Below, piece by piece: positions 25,860 to 38,787 of a DNA stretch of 64,000 bases. Numbering within the stretch: the stretch's first letter is position 1; every line of letters starts with the position of its first letter. The DNA is taken from contig NC_042998.1 in NCBI RefSeq assembly GCF_006345805.1, forward strand, positions 178,498,001 through 178,562,000, read 5' to 3'. The notes beneath the pieces are model-generated. The model was not told where the DNA came from and made no database searches. It was given only the letters and a program-made list of their open reading frames with translations. This DNA comes from Octopus sinensis. Taxonomy: Eukaryota. A program made the position numbers and the translations under genes.

Positions 25860-26406
25860 CTGCTTGCTTACTCAAACATCGGGATTTCTTTCAGCTTGAA
25901 TGGTTTTGGAGTGGGTAGTTAAGAAGTTATGGTGTTTCCTCATGTATGATTTCATATGAAGATCTTGTCTCACAGCCCCAGAAATAGTCATTTTACTGAC
26001 TCCTCGATCTTGAGCCAACTTTGCCATTGATTTTGATGGGTTTGACTCAATCAGTCTTTTAAGTCCTGCTAAGAAGTGAGATGTGCATTTTCAGTCAGAG
26101 CAAGTCATGAGGCTTTCTTCAAACATCCTGATTTTTCTTCAAATTAGCTACAACTCTAAAAACAGTAGATTTGGCATACTTTGTAACTCTAATAATCTTC
26201 CCAGCACTTTTGCCAGTACAGAATAATTTGGCAATTACACATCTACAGTTTAATTCTTTATTAACATTCATAATTTGGTCAATCAGTGATAAAAGATAGT
26301 GCAAGTGATTATTCAAGCTGGTAATATTTAAAATTTAGACTCGAGCAAAATCTGTACAATCAGAAATATACCCATTTGAAACTTGTCCCAATTTACCTGT
26401 TACACC
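25860..26406 (-). mobile_element. Tc1-like transposase N-terminal (HTH) remnant
   Basis: VIAKLFCTGKSAGKIIRVTKYAKSTVFRVV, then after a frameshift LKRLIESNPSKSMAKLAQDRGVSKMTISGAVRQDLHMKSY. Confidence 0.8.
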
Positions 26407-29178
26407 TTGTGTGTGTGTGTGTGTGATGATGTGTGTGTACATATAATCTAACAGAGGCCTCAAAAGACATCTTAAGATCTACAAAGATAAGAACTTAACT
26501 GCAATTCTTGGTGGTCCAAATCAGATTTGCAATCTATGTGGGTGTCTTTTCAAAACATTGTCTGGTTTAAAAAAACCACATCCCATGCTATGATAGATCT
26601 AAAGTGTAAGTACAAGAGGTGATCAGACTCTGCATAAGGAGTAGACAACCACCATATATATATATATTTAAACATGTTCCTAAACACCTGTATGTTAATG
26701 GCATTTACTGGGAGATTATGTCTTACACAACAAATTTCTTACTATAAACTTATTGTATAAAAAATACTTAGCTCCAAGTAATGTCAACAGACTACCAAAT
26801 GCAGTGTTTCAGCATGATTTCTGCTCCTTAGTGATACTGTCTTAGCCATTATGAGCAAGACAGGAACTTCTGCTCCTATATAGGAAACAGCAAACAAGAC
26901 ATTTGCCAGTGTATGCTTAGTCTTGCCCAGCTGGAATTAATTCAGTATAACCACTCAAAGCAACAAAGATCAAATAATATGTCTATTTTTGAAATATTTC
27001 AGCACACTTAAACATGAATGTCATTTCTCTAAAGGCACTAAAATAAATTCAATTCCAAAAAATGGCCCAAACTCCAAACAGGACAAAACACACATTAAAA
27101 TATCACACACAAGCACAAACATAAAGAATTATATAAGTCAAAAAACATATGGCACTAATGAAATAAAAGAACAAGTTTTGTTTTTTAACGAGACAATAGA
27201 CAATATCAATAAGTCATAAAGAATCCTTCACACTGACCCAAATTAATTTCCAAATGCTATAGTCATAACCAGTCAACCAGACAGATGAAAACCAGATGTT
27301 CTCTCTCTCTCTCTCTTTCACACACATGAACAAGCACACCAAAAGAACTATATAATTCAGAAATATACTCCCATTCAAATAAACTAAAATCTTTAATTAG
27401 TTTAGCAAAACAATTTCTATAGGCTACACTAAGACCACTCAGGGATGAAACATCATTTACAATAAATATGTCCCTAAATAGTTTTACAGTTAAACTCACC
27501 CACAAGTAAGACCAAAACAACATGTATAAACACAACACTCAAGAGGAACTTGAGCAAAAAACATACTGAAACAAACTTAACAAAGAAAAAACAGCATTTA
27601 CTAGATCAACAGCTAAATCAAATAAGCAAATCAAAAACACACACCCTCATCAACAAAGAACAAAATATAAACACTGTGCATCACAAAAAATAACCAGTGA
27701 AACATCAGAAATATAACAGTCAATAAGCAAACATAAAACTCAAACCAATGAACCAACACAAGAATGAGACCACACATACACCAAAGAATATAAATATACC
27801 ACTGATGTCAAGTTGTAGCAAGTCCTGCCTGAAGATTACAGCGGCATGAAATTTAACATTTCTTTCTAGTAAACTATACGTTTGTCATGGTACATATAGT
27901 TATAGCTATAAACATATTTGCTTGTCTTTACATCCCTTTTCCCATATTAGCATGGGTTAGACAAAGATATTATTAAGACATTCATTGCTTTACAGCCTGA
28001 TAATCTTCCCACATCAAGCCTTGTCCTGTTTTTCAAGTTAGCAACCTATTATTTCCCTTATCTTTGAAGGTACAAATGCCAAGTCTTAATTTAATAAACA
28101 ATATCTATTTATGCACAATACAGAATAAAGAAGAACTGAAGTAAATTTAAATATTATGTAGCTGAATAACAAGAATGTAAACACATTCCATCCATATTAT
28201 TGATGTGCATGGAAAAAGGGACTCCCCCTACAACAGACCAGTTATTTATAAACAAATTGTGAATTATGCTAGCACCTAAATGGAACGCCTAATTTGCATA
28301 TTTGTGTTTTTGACAGCTTATTATTTAAATAATACTTATTTATGTACAACACAGACTAAATCAGAAGTGAAGTAAATTTTATAATGAAATCTTACTGTGG
28401 GCTAAAGAAGAATAAGAATGTAAACACATTCATTTTAGAATAATGATATTCAGAAAAAAGTTTGTTTATAGTTTGTTGACTATCCCTCAGAAGAAATAGC
28501 CACCTTCTTTCCCCAATCAATAACAAAGATCAGTTACTTATAAAAGTTAGTGGACAGCCCAATATGCATAATACAAGCTAGAAGTTAATTGTTCCTAAGA
28601 AAACTATAAGTTAATGAATGTCATTTGAGAGCAGTCCAAGTAAATAAGGCTTCGATTTTGATTTACACTGTGTTGTGTGTAAATAGATATTATTTAATTG
28701 ATATTAAGCTGGCATATGTGGCTTTGAAGATGTGTAGAATCAAAGCTCCTCTACATGAAAATCAGGTCAAAGCTTGAGGTAAGAAGGGCATCAAGCTGTA
28801 ACACAATACCTTGATAATATATTTGTATAACCCATATGTAAAGATGCATTTAGCAAAGTGAGAGTTAGCAATGAGTTCAGTGAGGAATTTTGAGTACAAG
28901 GTGTCCATCAAGATTCAGGTCTCAGCCACCACATCTTTAATTTAGTCTTTCAGGCCATAATAGTAGAATTTAAGATACATTGTACATAATGGTAACCCAG
29001 ATTTAATAAGAGAGAGAGACAGAGAGAGAGTAGAAAACTTAGAGAAAACTTCCAGATGTAGAAACCTATAATCAATAGGGCTGAGAGTAAACCTACTGAA
29101 AACAAACATTTAGTAAGTAGGAATCAAGACAGACCTCTAATATTAACAGAAAAATGGATATGCATATATATTTACATT

Positions 29179-29573
29179 GGCTGTGTGGTAAGTAGCTTGC
29201 TAACCAACCACATGGTTCCGGGTTCAGTCCCACTGTGTGGCATCTTGGGCAAGTGTCTTCTGCTATAGCCCCGGGCCGACCAATGCCTTGTGAGTGGATT
29301 TGGTAGATGGAAACTGAAAGAAGCCTGTCGTATATATGTATATGTATATATATGTATGTGTGTGTTTGTGTGTCTGTGTTTGTCCCCCTAGCATTGCTTG
29401 ACAACCGATGCTGGTGTGTTTACATCCCCGTCACTTAGCGGTTCGACAAAAGAGACCGATAGAATAAGTACTGGGCTTACAAAGAATAAGTCCCGGGGTC
29501 GATTTGCTCGACTAAAAGCGGTGCTCCAGCATGGCCGCAGTCAAATGACTGAAACAAGTAAAAGAGTAAAGAG
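29179..29573 (+). mobile_element. Full-length tRNA-derived SINE (GGCTGTGTGGTAAG family, Nin/Deu-like core, internal TA/GT tract)
   Basis: A/B-box-like head; tail GAAACAAGTAAAAGAGTAAAGAG; highly similar to 55937-56332. Confidence 0.92.
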
Positions 29574-29647
29574 ATATAGAAATACACGCACACACACATA
29601 TTAAGAAAAAGAAGGTAATCAGGATTTGGATAAAAACTATTTATTTA

Positions 29648-29951
29648 GCATCTTTCCCCTCTCAGGGATTCATCATGAATGTTTTCTTATAGAAAAATTT
29701 GTACCTTTTATGTACATGCGAGTTAGTTGAAAACAAAATCTGGAGTTGAATTTGCTTCCTTGTGTTTTAGAAAGAGGTTTGCAAATGACAAAGAGCATTT
29801 CAAATAACCACTCCCAAAATATCCTCTTTCCCAAACTCAAGAAAACAAATTCAACTCCAGACTTTATATTTCATCTAACTCACATACATATAAAAGGTAT
29901 GAATTTCCAATAAGAAATCATTCATGATGAATACCTCAAGGGGACAAAAGC
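29648..29951. mobile_element. Hairpin MITE-like element (~130-bp inverted arms, 45-nt loop), family unknown
   Basis: 29648-29777 is an imperfect reverse complement of 29823-29951. Confidence 0.75.
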
Positions 29952-30089
29952 ACTAATTACATAGCTTTTAGCCAAATCCTGACTACCTCCTTTTTCTTAA
30001 TATATAGAATTTGTACACCTCTTCAAACAATCTATACACAAACAAAAAACCTCTACTATATAAATGAGAGTATATGTGTGACTTGACTT

Positions 30090-30390
30090 GACAGCATTCA
30101 CCCAGGGTGGGTTGAGCTGGTTTCATTCATCCTCAATGCTGCATCTCAAACGCTGACCAGGCCTGGCGATTTGAGGCTAACAACCGCGTGATCTCCAACC
30201 ACTCCTTATTCCAGCGGCGAATGCTGTAGATATGGGGGTCTAGGTTGGGTTCCAGATCAGCCTTGACTGTCATCAGTCAGGCTTTTTGTTGTCCACCACA
30301 TCACTTTCACCAACCCTGAAGGGGAGCTGGGGCAATTGCTTCGTAGATGAATTCTTTTCCGTCAAAGATCTAGACTATGCAGATGACAGT
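30090..30390. mobile_element. RTE LINE fragments in opposite orientations
   Basis: Minus strand: VKADLEP...RRWNKEWLEIT..A.NRQAW C-terminus. Plus strand: FSVKDLDYADD RT motif at ~30355-30390. Confidence 0.7.
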
Positions 30391-30399
30391 ATATGTGTG

Positions 30400-31185
30400 T
30401 ATAGTCCCAAAAGTCTCTGAAATGGTGCATCCTCAAGAAAAATGGATTCGATTTTTGAAATCTGTGTCCCAAAGTGAAAGTTTTTGGTAAATAATAATTA
30501 GAAAATATTTGATACAAGAAATAACATAACTTTGTCATATCTATCTGCTCTCTCTATCTTTTATGCTTCTCCCTTTCTAAATATATTTACCACACCGTCT
30601 CTCACTCTTTCCTCTGTATATGTATATTTCTCATTCATGCTGCTCCCCCCACCTCTGTCTCTCTCACTCTCTCTCTCTCTTGATATAACATGTAATTACT
30701 TTCATTTTGTTTAAAAATTCATCGCTGCAATGTCTGCTTTCATTTTTGTGATAGACAGCTATCCTTACAAAATCCTTCCAAACAATTTCAGTTCTTGGTT
30801 TACACCTTGAAGAGTCCTGCTTCACCTATGGTCAGCTTAACATTGAACATTCAAGAGTAGGAAGTAAGAAAAATCTTTACATCTATGCACCAAATGGAAA
30901 AACAAAAAACTTCATTTATCAAGACATTGTAAATAGTCCCAAATAATGCAGAAATCTGAGGAGGGCATTCCTGGTTTTGTTAAGTATATTCCTTAAGTTG
31001 ATCATGTTTGTAAGTTTAGGTGAAAGGGAGGACTTACCATGTTAATTTACGATATAGAATAAATATGTTCCATTGGTATATACATATGTACCTGATAAAA
31101 CAGAATCCAAGGATGTAAAACTCTGCTGTCTTTCTTATATTTCCCTCCTACCATCTCACCCTTGAAGAAGGGCTACTTCTGAAAC
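30400..31185 (+). mobile_element. Helitron remnant with helicase C-terminus
   Basis: 30793-30935 encodes VLGLHLEESCFTYGQLNIEHSRVGSKKNLYIYAPNGKTKNFIY (cf. FSHGQLYVAxSRV); terminal hairpin CCCTT-GAAG-AAGGG near 31160. Confidence 0.75.
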
Positions 31186-31249
31186 TTAAGATAGTCCATT
31201 CACCTTAGCAATCTCAATGTAGCCATTCTGTCAATATATGTGTATGTGT

Positions 31250-31640
31250 ATCATCATCATCATCATTTAACATCTGTTGTCTATGCTGGAATCGGTTGGA
31301 TGGTTTGACCAGGGCTGGTAAGCTGAGGGGCTGCATCAGACTCCTATCTGATTTGGCATGGTTTCTATGGCTTGATGCTCTTCCTAACACCAACCACCCT
31401 GAGAGTGTAATGAGTGCTTTCATGTACCACTGGCATGGGTGCCAGTTGCATGACAGCAGTATCTGACACAACTACTTCACTTGGATTCATGGGTCTTCTT
31501 CTCAAGCACAGCATATTGCCAAAGGTCTGTCATTTGTCATTGCCTCCATGAGGCCCAATGTTCAAAAGGTCCTTTTTACATGCTACCAGCACGGTTGCTA
31601 GTTACGTGACATTGGTGTCAGCCACACACATGGATACATA
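31250..31640 (-). mobile_element. RTE-type 3' end
   Basis: Same tail as 88-274, extended upstream. Confidence 0.8.
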
Positions 31641-31650
31641 CATATGATAC

Positions 31651-31958
31651 GAAGGTGTGTGGTTCAGTGGTTAGGATATTCATCTCATGAGTTTGATTCC
31701 CAATAATGCATTGTGTCCTTGAGCAAGACGCTTTATTTCACATTGCTCCAGTCCACTCAACTGGCAAGAATGAGTTGTATCTGTAACTCAAAGGATCAGC
31801 CTAGTCACACTCTGTGCCACATTGAATCTCCCAGAGAACTATGCTAAGGGTACGTGGGTCTGTGTAGTGCTCAGCCACTGGCACTTTAATTTCATGAGCA
31901 GGCTGTTCCATTGACCAGATCACCTGGAACCCTCATCATCGCAACCAACAGAGTGCCA
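31651..31958 (+). mobile_element. SINE with Deu-like core and Meta-like tail
   Basis: Core CCTTGAGCAAGAC..TTGCTCCAGTCCACTCA; tail GAGAACTATGCTAAGGGTAC...GGAACCCTC shared with 3752-3900. Confidence 0.8.
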
Positions 31959-31994
31959 GTTAGATATATGATATAGATGTCTGCATATGTATAC

Positions 31995-32034
<40 letters not shown>

Positions 32035-32620
32035 CTCTATTGTAACAATGAAAATGACATGTGGATGGAAATTTCTAGATTTTATTAATATATTGCAACA
32101 TATGTTTCTGCATCCCACATATTCATTTGTGAGGATATTACTAAATTTATTTATAATATTTATAAGTCTTGGGTATGCTTCCATTACACATGTATGCTTC
32201 CTTTGGCATCTACATTATTTATAAATATATATATATATGCGTGTGTTTATATATTTACATAAACTCATTCTTTATGCAAAACACTGAGTGCACAAGACAT
32301 TCTCTGCTAGCTGATGTAATAATGATAGAAAAGAGTTGAAATATTCCTGCACTTACTAAAGGACTTTCCACATATATATAATGTACTGTTGCTTGTTGAT
32401 AATTTCAGCAAAATAAAGCACTCAATGCATTTGAGAGTTATTAATATATTATTTTCAAAAGTTACTTTCATTTTCACGCTGGGATAGCCACAGCTTGATT
32501 TATGCTGAGCCAGTTATCTTACTCCTAGCATGAAAAATGAAAAAAAAAACAATCAAGCAATTTGTAGCAAATATGATATTCCATAATGTATGAGTATATA
32601 TATATATATATATATCCACA

Positions 32621-33450
32621 CATGTTCTGATCAATAAGTATCCGGACTGCCGCTATAGTAACGAAACTAAAACACAGAGAGTGAAGCTGCTTGGCACAGA
32701 TTGACCTTCAACTCGGTTGTGCAAGTGCACTAAGTTTTAAGGTTCTAGCTCACATCTGCTGTTTACAGCAATACTATGCAGGAAGGTGTGTAGCATGTGA
32801 TTGTTGCATTGACCATGACAGAGAAAGTTGAGCATCAAATTTTGCCAAAAGCTTGGCAACACCTGCTCAAAGGCCTACGCAAAGTTTTCAACATTTTCAA
32901 CACAATTAAGATCTTGTGCAACTGGAACCTGAGTGTTTTTTTGGTTACCTGAAAGCAGTTTTGGCACAAATTTGGGAGACAAGCATCACATACCCAAATA
33001 TTCAGTGATAATGGACTGAACTGTAACTAATCTGCACATTCCCAAATAATTCATAGCTGGTGAGTCAACGATTTCCCCTCACAGCTGCACACAAGTCTGC
33101 GATGTTTTTCTCAGTTCTGCTGGTTGCGGTCTCCCAGAACGTTCATTGATATCATTTTATCAGCTATCTTGGAAATGTCTTAATCACTTGTACATTTGTG
33201 TGCAGCTCATACACTCCTCTCCATACACTTTCTGCAACTTTGCATAGGCCTTTGAGCAAGTGTCACCATGACAACTTTCTCTGCCATAGTCAATGCAACA
33301 ATCACATGCTACACACCTTCCTTCAAAGCACTGATGCAAACAGCGGAAGTAAGATAGAACATTAAAACTTAGTGCACAGTGCCTTCACTCTGCATGCTTT
33401 AGCTTCATTACTATGGCAACAGTTCGGATACTTACTGATCAGACCTTGTA
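32621..33450. mobile_element. Two convergent mariner 5' ends forming a palindromic element
   Basis: Terminus (TA)CA.G.TCTGATCA.TAAGTATCCG at both ends; right copy encodes KLQKVYGEECMSCTQMY..ERSGRP on the minus strand. Confidence 0.8.
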
Positions 33451-33665
33451 TACTGGCATCATTTTTACAACTACTATTCTATGCTTGCATGAGTCAGTGA
33501 TGCAGAATTTTTTTACAGTTAGATGCCCTTCTTGTTACCAACCTAGCAAAATAATAATTCTGCCAGTCCTTTGGACAACAAACAGTCAGACATGATTTCA
33601 ATGAGAACTGCAAAGGACACTGTCTATATGAACAGTATCACTTTGATTATAATCAGCAAGCAGAA

Positions 33666-33895
33666 GGCGGCGAGCTGGCAGAAACGTTAGCACGCCGGGC
33701 GAAATGCGTAGCCGTATTTCGTCTGCCATTACGTTCTGAGTTCAAATTCCGCCGAGGTCGACTTTGCCTTTCATCCTTTCGGAGTCGATAAATTAAGTAC
33801 CAGTTACGCACTGGGGTCGATGGAATCGACTTAATCGCTTTGCCTGTCCTTGTTTGTCCTCTCTGTGTTTAGCCCCTTGTGGGTAGTAAAGAAAT
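33666..33895 (+). mobile_element. tRNA-derived SINE (GGCGGCGAGCTGG family), young
   Basis: 15-bp TSD TATAATCAGCAAGCA at 33648-33662 and 33897-33911; CpGs retained. Confidence 0.93.
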
Positions 33896-34184
33896 ATATA
33901 ATCAGCAAGCACATGTTATGACAAGAACAATACGCACTCATACAACTGATTTCTAACACTTTACCAATGTTCTTTGGGAATGCACTGGCTATTCCTCTTT
34001 CTCATTGCCTCCATGCTTTTTTATTTCTTCTGATGATGGACTAACATCCAAAACATTAAGACACATTCTCTTTCCATTGAAGCATTAAGCTAATCCATTT
34101 TTTTTTTCTTTTTGCTAAACCTTATTCTTCCTGTGTTATCATTTTTATTGTTCTTTGTACTTACACTTATGTGTGTGTGTGTGA

Positions 34185-34270
<86 letters not shown>

Positions 34271-34529
34271 GGACAGGCAGATGGATAGATAGATACGACA
34301 AGCCTCTAGTTTCTGCCGATCAAATCTGGTTATAGTAGGGGACACCAGCAGACAACTTGCTACTGCGTGAACAAACGCCATACCAACTGAGCAGTCATGC
34401 CCACACATGTGCATGTGTATAAATAAGTCAGTAATTGAATCCATACCATAATTTCAAACAAATGGATATAATGTGCTTATGTGTGTCATATATATATATA
34501 TATATATATGTAGCTAATCCAAACATGAA

Positions 34530-34730
34530 CAAAGAGAAAACACAACAACACGAGGACGTGGAACAAGTATAGTGTTATTGGACGCTCAGGAAAGGAAAGA
34601 AAGAAGGAGGATTAATGTTTCAAGCGGAACTCTTCGTCAGAAACATAGGAAAAGGAAAGATCCAAGGAAGGGAAGATGGAGAAAGAAAATCGCCAACGAT
34701 ACACATGCAATCACATATTGAAAAAAAAAC
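34530..34730 (-). mobile_element. Penelope-like terminal repeat with hammerhead-like core
   Basis: CTGACGA-A-GAGT-TCC-GCTT-GAAAC at 34640-34617; related to the 5443-5628 insert. Confidence 0.6.
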
Positions 34731-34735
34731 CCATT

Positions 34736-34771
<36 letters not shown>

Positions 34772-35264
34772 CAGCTGGATGTGTTTTACTTGTAAGAGCA
34801 AAACGCCCACCCCTCCGTCCAATGGACGATGCTGAGTTGACAAACATTTAAACCAAATTTTCTCGAAACAACTTGTCCGACCATCCCTTAGGCCTCTCTT
34901 TTGAGAAACACTAATTTAACCTAAATTTGAGACACTGCATTTTTCTCGCGTACATGTAGTATCGATTGCAACAGCTGATGTACTTGCACGTACAAATGCA
35001 CGTTCCCATGGCTTTATTGATCGCATTCTCACCTGGAATCGATTTTTGTAATTTTTCAAGATTTATACACGCCCTGATACCGCCGGTATTTACATACACA
35101 CACACAGACAGACAGAACAGATTTACTTCCTCCTTAGTTGAAAGACACCTGTTGCTAATGTCTTGTTGTTTGTATTTGTGTACCATTTCTCCATTTCTCC
35201 ATTTTTTTGTCCTTGTTTTCCTATACATTCGTTTGCTTTCTTCCAAGGAATCTAAAGGTGGCAC

Positions 35265-36150
35265 ATAAAAAATAGTGGTGTCGGTGCTGGTGCCACATAA
35301 AAAGCACCCAGTACACTCTGTAAAGTGGTTGGCATTAGGAAGGGCATGCAGCTGTAGAAACCAAACTAAAACTGACGAGCCTGGTGCAGCCCATGGCCTA
35401 GCTAATTCCTGTCAAACCATTCAACCCATGTCAGCATGGAAAATGGATATTAAATGATGATAATATATATGTATGTCTCACAGCATCACCAAATGATCAA
35501 GTTCTTTTCGCAATCAAGAGCTCACAGGCTCAATGTTTGGCAAATGTCATTTTGTGTAACTTTCGATTGACACATACCTTGCAAATGAAAGTGGATAGAC
35601 AGAAACTGTATAAAAAATTTTATCAGATGGTTTGTATCTGTAATTCAAAAGTAATAGTCTTGTCATATTATGTCATACTGATTCTGACTGAGAATAACAT
35701 TAAAGATAAAAATATCTGGGCAATGCTCTGCAACCTTGACATCAATCCAGTGAGTATTTCATTTGAATCCTCATAATTGGAACCAATGTAAAATCACACG
35801 TAACTTTACTGCAGGCAATGTACTGGTGCTGTGTAAAAAGCACCTTTCAAGCGTTAGGCCTTGCAGAGGCAATGATAAATGACTGAGACCTTTGGCAATA
35901 TGTTGTGCTTGAGAAAAAACCCATCAAGCTGAGTGAAATCGTAGTCATGGCAAATACTGGTGCCACACAACTGGCACCCGTGCCAGTGGAATGCAAAAGC
36001 ACCCATTACCCTTGGAGTGGTTGGTGTTAGGAAGGGAATCCAGCCATAGAAACCATGCCAAATCAGACTGCAGTCTGGTGCAGCCCTTCAGCTTAGCCCT
36101 GGTCAAACCGTCAAACCCATGCCAGCAAGGACAATGGACAATAATAATGA
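35265..36150 (+). mobile_element. Two RTE-type 3' ends (35265-35460 and 35820-36150)
   Basis: GGTGCCACATAAAAAGCACC...GCATGGAAAATGGA...(GAT)n. Confidence 0.75.
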
Positions 36151-36499
36151 TGATGATGATCAACATCATTATCATAATCATCATCTTACAACTAACAATC
36201 TGTTTATCTATCTTAGCAAAGGTTGGATGTGTCAGTTGACTTACTACAGTTCCTCGTTACCTTTAGTGGAGCTACATCTTAAAATCAGCTTTCACCATTT
36301 CTTTCTCTTTCGCAAGTTCATTTCACTTGGGTAGTTTGGCACTTCTACAATCAAATGTCAACCTTCCTACACACCACATATCCATGTCAGTGCAGCAGTT
36401 TTCCTGTACTGCACACTACACCTGATTTCTTATGCACGCACACATGTGTGAGTATATATATATATAGATAGATAGATAGATATAGATATAGATATATAA

Positions 36500-37410
36500 A
36501 TGTCACTAGCTAAATGATAAATGCTTCTTCTGCAGTTGCCTTACTAAAAAGACAGCACCATTAGTAGTACTTCTCTCTGGCACAAAACCAAACTACATCT
36601 CATCTAGGTTAACTCACTTCCTAATTTGTTAAGCTATGATGCTTTCTGTAACTTTCATGACCTGGTCCAGTAATTTGATGCCTTTGTAGCAGTTGATAAT
36701 AATGCTGTTATACCAATCATTGGGTATGACACCATCTTGGACAACCTGATTAACTATACAGGTGACCAGGCTATATCCCATTCTGCCAAATATTTGAAGC
36801 ATCTCAACAGTAATTCCTGATGGACCAGGAGTTTTCTCTGTCTTCATATCCTTAATTGCTTTCTCATTCTGCTGGCAGCTCAGATAAATGGTCCCTCTGT
36901 TGGGTCCACATCAGGAAAATTTTCCCTTTCCCATGCATTCTCCACACTTAGCAGCCTTCTATAGTGGCACTTCCATGCCTCTTACTTCACAGATTCACTA
37001 AGCGAAAGTATACCATTATCCATACGAACACACTTCTCTTCTATAACATCATGATTTTCTCTGACACACTGTCTAACAATCTGGAACACCTCATCATGCC
37101 TCTGGTTCTCAGGTCACAAAACATTGGCAAACTTCTTCCTTTCTGCCTCTCCCTAAACATAACCTATCATCTGACTTCCCTTCTAGCTACCTGATATACT
37201 TGTCTGTCACTCCTGCTCTTCTAGTCCTTCCTTACCTGTTTCTTTGCTTTTATACTTCACTGTTCCACCATCATGTCACCCTAAGCCTAGGTAGAACTGT
37301 GCTCCAGCCACAAATTTGGTCTGTGGCCCACCATAAGTTTTCTCTGGAGGAACTTCCAGTTGTCTTCTATGGTATATGTCACTATCACCTCCTCCTTCAC
37401 ATCAAATGCT
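36500..37410 (-). mobile_element. RTE LINE ORF remnant (RT N-terminal region)
   Basis: MKTEKTPGPSGITVEML...IPNDWYNSIIINCYKG-IKLLDQVMKVTE. Confidence 0.85.
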
Positions 37411-37437
<27 letters not shown>

Positions 37438-37441
<4 letters not shown>

Positions 37442-37750
37442 AATTGCAACATGGAAAGTGTTTATAAGCCATTTAAGAAACACACAAAAACTGTTAGATT
37501 CACTTCAACATTTAAATTTAATTTTTCAAAATATTTTTGTCGTTTTGAGATGCAGCACGGAATTTTGTCAGTGAACAGGTCATGGTCTCAAATCAACGAA
37601 AATATTTTTTGACAAATTAAATTTAAATGTTGAAGTGAATCTAACAGTTTTTGTGTGTTTCTTAAATGGTTTATAAACACCTTCCACACTTCAATTGTTT
37701 TCGTTCCAGCACACGATCTCAGATCAGGTCACTTGCTATGCAAATACATC
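37438..37750. mobile_element. Penelope-type terminal repeat with ~110-bp inverted duplication
   Basis: 37438-37553 pairs with 37584-37700; single-arm copy at 55265-55455. Family assignment is by recall. Confidence 0.65.
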
Positions 37751-38139
37751 TCCGTAACTATATATATATATATAAAGGCACCAACACAAAAGAGGTTGTC
37801 ATGTCCTAAATAAAGACTAATGAGCCTTCTCAACCCCAAGTACACACATTATTAAGGCATGCTATTATATATGGTTCACATATGGTTGTTCTGAACACTA
37901 CATCAAAATGGCCCTAAAATTTCAAGTGCCAAAATTAGAAGCCTTGACCTAGCAGATTTGAAGAAACTCAGTCCACACAATCACAAGAAATTTAATAATA
38001 TAAATTTATGTGTAGAGAGAAATACATGCATGTATACAGGTATGTCTCCATATAATATATTTTATATGCGGACATATAATGTATATATTACATATACTGC
38101 ATATATGATGATGATATGTTACATTCTTTTCTTTTTCTA

Positions 38140-38505
38140 TTATTCTTTTATTTGTTTCAGTCATTTGAATGCAGCCATGCTGGAGCACTGCCTTTAGTCG
38201 AGCAAATCGACCCCAGGACTTATTCTTTGTAAGCCTAGTACTTATTCTATTGGTCTCTCTTGCTGAACCGCTAAGTTACAGGGACATAAACACACCAGCA
38301 TCGGTTGTCAAGCGATGTTGGGGAGACAAACACAGATACACAAACATATATACATATCGGGCTTCTTTCGGTTTCCGTCTACCAAATCCACTTGCAAGGC
38401 TTTGGGCGGCCCGAGGCTATAGTAGAAGACACTTGCCCAAGGTACCACACAGTGGGACTGAACCGGGAACAATGTGGGTGGTAAGCAAGCTACTTACTAC
38501 AGCCA
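38140..38505 (-). mobile_element. Full-length SINE (GGCTGTGTGGT family)
   Basis: Matches the reverse complement of the 29179-29573 family; explains the 193-aa ORF at 38169. Confidence 0.9.
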
Positions 38506-38741
38506 CTCCTGCATTTACATATGCAGACATAATGTATATATTACATATACTGCATACATATGTGTGCATTTTATCCTGTATAGTTATACATAAAACAGTC
38601 AAACAATTGATAGATTACTCAGTACATTTAAGTACAGAATCAAACATTTTTACATTGAAAAGTTTAAAAGTGCTTCTTAAGTTTTGCCTAGTGCTGGATT
38701 TTGTCAGTCAGTCAAAGCAGACAATGGGGTATCAATCTCAC

Positions 38742-38787
38742 CACTCATAAAATGCCAGTGCAAAAACCATGTGCACTGGTCTTTGCT
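38742..38787 (-). other. Candidate 46-nt exon
   Basis: Acceptor ctttgttttttttcacttgctggtcttag, donor GTG|gtgaga; two open frames; internal 8-bp stem CCAGTGCA/TGCACTGG. Confidence 0.35.

Noticed and set aside
29179-29260. tRNA-like sequences here and at other SINE heads
   Set aside because: No cloverleaf or acceptor stem; each continues into a SINE body.
38169-38750. 193-aa plus-strand ORF
   Set aside because: Read-through of an antisense SINE and low-complexity flank; no protein features.
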